Origin: a virus
Taxonomy: Duplodnaviria > Caudoviricetes
Length of the DNA: 40,225 nucleotides
Direction: 5' to 3' (one strand)
Virus record (IMG/VR): IMGVR_UViG_3300028587_000016
Span: 1-40,225 of that record
The notes below the pieces were generated by a model. It was not told where the DNA came from, made no database searches, and was given only the letters and a program-made list of their open reading frames with translations. This document shows, piece after piece, positions 36,878 to 40,225 of this stretch. A program made the translations under genes and the position numbers. Each line of letters opens with the position of its first letter. Position 1 is the stretch's first letter.

Positions 36878-37240
36878 TCAGCTCTTCTGCGCGTTGAGGA
36901 GAGCGATCAGGAGCGCGAGGGCCTCAACCTCTTCCGCTGACAAGGTCAGCGACCAGTGCCCCTTGTTCGCTACAGCGACTCTCTTCGCGACGTCCGTCAT
37001 CCGCTCTTGGATGGTCGTGATCTTCAGCGCGGCGTCGACGGCGCTCTTCAGTATCGCGATCATGTCGTCGACGGTCGACGTCTGCTCAACCTTCGGCTCA
37101 TCGCGTGGTGGCATCGCAACGAGGCACCGCTTGCACGTGACCTCGTGATTCCATTGTGTCGTCTTGAGACTGCCGTTAGCGGATGCCTTGACCCCGCAGA
37201 GGGTGCGATCGAGAATCCTGAGGTGAGTTGTCATCGTCAT
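36878..37240 (-). CDS. Hypothetical protein with H..C...CxxC motif
   Basis: THL...TLCG...VTCKRC; ATGA overlap at 37237-37240. Confidence 0.6.
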   Translation of the reverse strand: MTMTTHLRILDRTLCGVKASANGSLKTTQWNHEVTCKRCLVAMPPRDEPKVEQTSTVDDMIAILKSAVDAALKITTIQERMTDVAKRVAVANKGHWSLTLSAEEVEALALLIALLNAQKS

Positions 37241-37719
37241 GCTAGAGATTGTATCATCTCTTCGCGTGCCTGTCCAGCGGTAAACGACACTATCCCCAGG
37301 ATGAGGTGACGGATCGCGTCGCGAGCGTGGTCCTGACCTGGCACCCACAGGCCAAGCTGTCGGAGCTTGGTGTCCGTGGCGAATCGCTTCGCGGAGGATG
37401 GCGTCTGCATCTCGAGACGTGACCCGCCTCGTCGGGCGAGGAACTTCACCGCGCCGATCACCTCCATCGGCTCCGGTTGCGGGCTCTTCCGCGCGGTATG
37501 AGCGGTGACCGTGAAGGACTCGACGACGAACAGCGTGCGAGGGTCGCAGAAACCGTTGTCAGCGACCATGTCGAGGAACTCATCGGCTGTATCCTGACCC
37601 GTTATCATCGATCGGCGCCAATCCGCGCCTGGAGTCAGAAGTGCTGGCTCGAGACACGCCCACGCCCACCCGGTCATCTTGCCCGGGTCTACCGCGAACA
37701 CCCACGTCGGGTCAGGCAC
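37237..37719 (-). CDS. RuvC-like Holliday junction resolvase
   Basis: AVDPGKMTGWA, VVESF, EVIGAVK, HARDA; GTG 37719 with GAGGAG RBS. Confidence 0.8.
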   Translation of the reverse strand: MPDPTWVFAVDPGKMTGWAWACLEPALLTPGADWRRSMITGQDTADEFLDMVADNGFCDPRTLFVVESFTVTAHTARKSPQPEPMEVIGAVKFLARRGGSRLEMQTPSSAKRFATDTKLRQLGLWVPGQDHARDAIRHLILGIVSFTAGQAREEMIQSLA

Positions 37720-37930
37720 GCCGTCTCCTCTCCCGCTTGCGCCGATTCCGGTACTCTGCGTACTCGGCATCGTACGCTCTCCTCGTCCCGACGCACCGCT
37801 CGCAACGGCAGCCGTATGAGTAACCGGTCAGGCCCATCAATGTCGGGAACATGCACGCGTTCTCGTCGTCAGTGAGGACGCGATTCCGGAGGATGCCGTT
37901 GCGCCGGTAGACCGCTCGAGCCGAGGTCAC
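37712..37930 (-). CDS. Small GYxxGCRCxxC protein
   Basis: TGYSYGCRCERC plus basic helix; GTGA coupling with polA stop. Confidence 0.6.
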   Translation of the reverse strand: MTSARAVYRRNGILRNRVLTDDENACMFPTLMGLTGYSYGCRCERCVGTRRAYDAEYAEYRNRRKRERRRRA

Positions 37931-39696
37931 AACTTGAAGTCCTCCTTCTGTCCCCACCGGTGTCCCACAGAGGGAGCGACCGTGATGGGGATGCTGATCA
38001 GGTCCGGGTCTGCCATGATCTGACAGGCCTCCATCGCGAACTCACGCAGACCTTCGGTCGGCGCGTCGAAGATGATCTCGTCGTGGACGGGGAGGACGAG
38101 GTACGGACCGAAGCCGGCCATGTCGAGCTCGACGAGCTTCATCTTCAGCAGCTCCGCCGCGGCGCCCTGCACCAGTTTGTTGACGAGCGTGTACTGCTTG
38201 TCGTCGTCCATCGGGTGACGCCGGCCGGTGAGCGGACTGCGAGCGTACGCGACGCCCTCGAGCGCCAGCCGATCCAGCGCCTTCCGCTCCACCATCTTGC
38301 TGAGACTCTTCAGCCCGTACCGCTCGTCGATCTGGTCGTACATGTACTGCCCGTACTCTGGCGACAGGCCGGCCGTCTTCGCGAACTTCGCGGCGCCGGC
38401 CCCGTAGCCCTGGGCGTAGAAGGCGTTCTTGGTGTGCTGCCTCCGCTCGTCGCCCTTGCCCATCGTCGCCTCGGCGAAGAGCTCGCGGGCGGCGTGCGTG
38501 AACACGTCCACGTCTTGGTCCGCGAAGGCTATTCTCAGGCCCTCGCTGCCCGCGAGGTGACCGATCCACCTCAACTCGATCTGGTCATAGTCCACCATCA
38601 GGAGAGTGTGCTCCGGAGACGCGACGAGACAGTCCCGGACGGCGATCGCGTTGGCGTTCGACTCGGACCGTCGGGGCAGGTTCTGGAGGTTCGGGTCCTG
38701 CATCGTCATCCTGCTCGTCTTGGCGCCGCACGACCTGATGCTCGGTCGCAGCCGAGGGTCGTCGTCGGAGGTCCGCTCGAGGAAGTGCTTGATGTACGTG
38801 TTCGCGAGCTTGCTGTATTGGCGGTGTTGGAGGACGACCTGGGCGAGCGGATGGTCGATCGGTCCGAGGATCTCCTTGTCGAGCGCCACCGCGCCAGTCG
38901 CCGTCGTCTTGTCGAGCGGCACTCCCTCCGCGATGAGTCGCTGAGCGACCGAGGCGTTCTGCGACGGCCTGACGTCGTAGTGCATCTTGCACCAGTCGCT
39001 AAGCTGCTGCGCGCAGGCGCGGAAGTGATCGAAGTGCTGCTGCGCGAACGGCCTGTCGACGTACACGCCGTTGTCCTGCATCTTCGCGACGACCCAGGCC
39101 GCCGCCGCCTCGAGGTCGTACGACCGGCGAGAGTCTGTCGCCGTCAGGCGCGCGTCGAGGATCGGGTCGACGCGAGCGGTCAGCACCGTGTCCATCGCCC
39201 CGTACTGCCAATACGGTCCGTACTCGACGGGAACGTCGTCGAATCCCCAGGTGCCGCCCTTCAGCTGATCCTGCAGCGCGGCGGCCATCGGGTCCACGTG
39301 CCGGACGGCTAGGTTCTTCAGCCCGACCGACATGTTCGGCTCCAGGACGTGCGCCTTCAGGATCGTGTCGTCGACTCGGTCAGGCGTGAGCGTGATGCCG
39401 CAACTGTTCCGGAGGATCGGTGCGTCGTACTGGATGATGTTGTGCCCGACGATCCTGCCGGTGTACCTCCGCAAGACCTCCTCGAACACCCCGCCCCACC
39501 GCACCCACGGTATCGCCCACCCGTGCATCTCGTCGCCGACCTGCGCGAGCCTCACCACGTCGTGCTTCACGTCCAGGCCCGTCGTCTCCGTGTCCACCGC
39601 GATCGAGCCAGCCCGCCGCTCGCCGAGCCAGGACATCAGCGCGTTCGCCGTGTCCAGGTCGTCGACCAGGTGCAGCTTGACGTCGGCGAGACTCAC
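37927..39696 (-). CDS. polA: Family A DNA polymerase (3'-5' exonuclease + polymerase, no 5'-3' exonuclease)
   Basis: Exo DTETTG, GHN...YD, YGAMD; PNLQNLP; motif A DYDQIELR; motif B RQHTKNAFYAQGYG; motif C VHDE; GTG start 39696. Confidence 0.93.
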   Translation of the reverse strand: MSLADVKLHLVDDLDTANALMSWLGERRAGSIAVDTETTGLDVKHDVVRLAQVGDEMHGWAIPWVRWGGVFEEVLRRYTGRIVGHNIIQYDAPILRNSCGITLTPDRVDDTILKAHVLEPNMSVGLKNLAVRHVDPMAAALQDQLKGGTWGFDDVPVEYGPYWQYGAMDTVLTARVDPILDARLTATDSRRSYDLEAAAAWVVAKMQDNGVYVDRPFAQQHFDHFRACAQQLSDWCKMHYDVRPSQNASVAQRLIAEGVPLDKTTATGAVALDKEILGPIDHPLAQVVLQHRQYSKLANTYIKHFLERTSDDDPRLRPSIRSCGAKTSRMTMQDPNLQNLPRRSESNANAIAVRDCLVASPEHTLLMVDYDQIELRWIGHLAGSEGLRIAFADQDVDVFTHAARELFAEATMGKGDERRQHTKNAFYAQGYGAGAAKFAKTAGLSPEYGQYMYDQIDERYGLKSLSKMVERKALDRLALEGVAYARSPLTGRRHPMDDDKQYTLVNKLVQGAAAELLKMKLVELDMAGFGPYLVLPVHDEIIFDAPTEGLREFAMEACQIMADPDLISIPITVAPSVGHRWGQKEDFKL

Positions 39697-40223
39697 CGCA
39701 GCCCGAGCTTGCGACTGCACGCGGGCCAGGCACCCCAGCCCTGCACGTCCAGGAGTCGCTCGGCGGCAGTCATCTGGTCGATCTTGTTCGCCAGGTGCGG
39801 GTACGACGCGAACTCGGTGCCGCCGACCGCCCTCCAACTCGACAGCGCGAACTGCAGACCGCCGTAGTAGCCATTGCCCGTGTTGATGCCCCAGTCTCCG
39901 CCGGACTCACACTGAGCGAGACGCTCCCACTCCTCGAAGTGCTCGACCGGCGTGGGAACGGTGTCGGTCACCTGAATCTGCGGCCCGCGGTCCGCGGTCT
40001 CGCCGAGTCCAAGAGACGCCTGCGTGACCGGGCCCGCGATGCCGTCCTCGAGGAGGCCGTTCGATCGCTGCCAGGACCGGACGACGCGCGTCGTCTGCGG
40101 GCCGTACACGCCGTCCACCGCGATGGTATAGCCGAACGACTTCAAGACGAGTTGCACCGCACGCGTCTCGCCCTCGGGGATGGGTGACAGCCGGGCCGGG
40201 GGTGCCTTGGCCGCGGGGGCAGC
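39693..40223 (-). CDS. rpf: Partial (5'-truncated) peptidoglycan-binding + resuscitation-promoting factor (Rpf) transglycosylase protein
   Basis: PG_binding_1 pattern VDGVYGPQT...WQ..NGL..DGIAGP.T; Rpf core WERLAQCESGGDW.INTGNGYYGGLQF...QGWGAWPAC; frame open to window end. Confidence 0.9.
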   Translation of the reverse strand, partial: AAPAAKAPPARLSPIPEGETRAVQLVLKSFGYTIAVDGVYGPQTTRVVRSWQRSNGLLEDGIAGPVTQASLGLGETADRGPQIQVTDTVPTPVEHFEEWERLAQCESGGDWGINTGNGYYGGLQFALSSWRAVGGTEFASYPHLANKIDQMTAAERLLDVQGWGAWPACSRKLGLR

Positions 40224-40225
40224 AG

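Noticed and set aside
1-40225. Abundance of TCGA/GATC/CTCGAG words; search for tRNA, integrase or att sites
   Set aside because: Word abundance is explainable by codon usage (CTC/ATC/GTC followed by GAN) and was not quantified; no tRNA or integrase was recognised by eye

Overview
This is a segment of a high-GC tailed phage (siphovirus-like) genome, most likely infecting an actinobacterium; the endolysin C-terminal domain hints at Acidimicrobiia. It has two convergent arms. The + strand (1-25697) carries the virion and lysis genes, resembling mycobacteriophage cluster-B-like architecture. These are: portal, maturation protease, a displaced membrane/collagen/holin-like cassette, two capsid-fold genes (putative hexamer and pentamer proteins), and the tail tube. 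They continue with an inserted glycosylation cassette (Stealth-like, methyltransferase-like, triple glycosyltransferase), head-tail connectors, frameshifted tail chaperones, tape measure, minor tail proteins, three paralogous adsorption-type proteins sharing an N-terminal anchor, and an amidase endolysin. The - strand (25694-40225) carries early/replication genes: a peptidoglycan-binding + Rpf protein, family A DNA polymerase, RuvC-like resolvase and SNF2 helicase. It also has a putative DNA hypermodification cluster (amino acid:DNA transferase-like, CX5R phosphatase, P-loop kinase), a Cas4-like/Sak4/SSB recombination module, a MazG-like pyrophosphatase, a divergent C5 DNA methyltransferase and many small ORFs. 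No terminase, primase, integrase, tRNA or CRISPR was recognised in the window. All calls come from motif recognition and synteny by eye; no database search was run.
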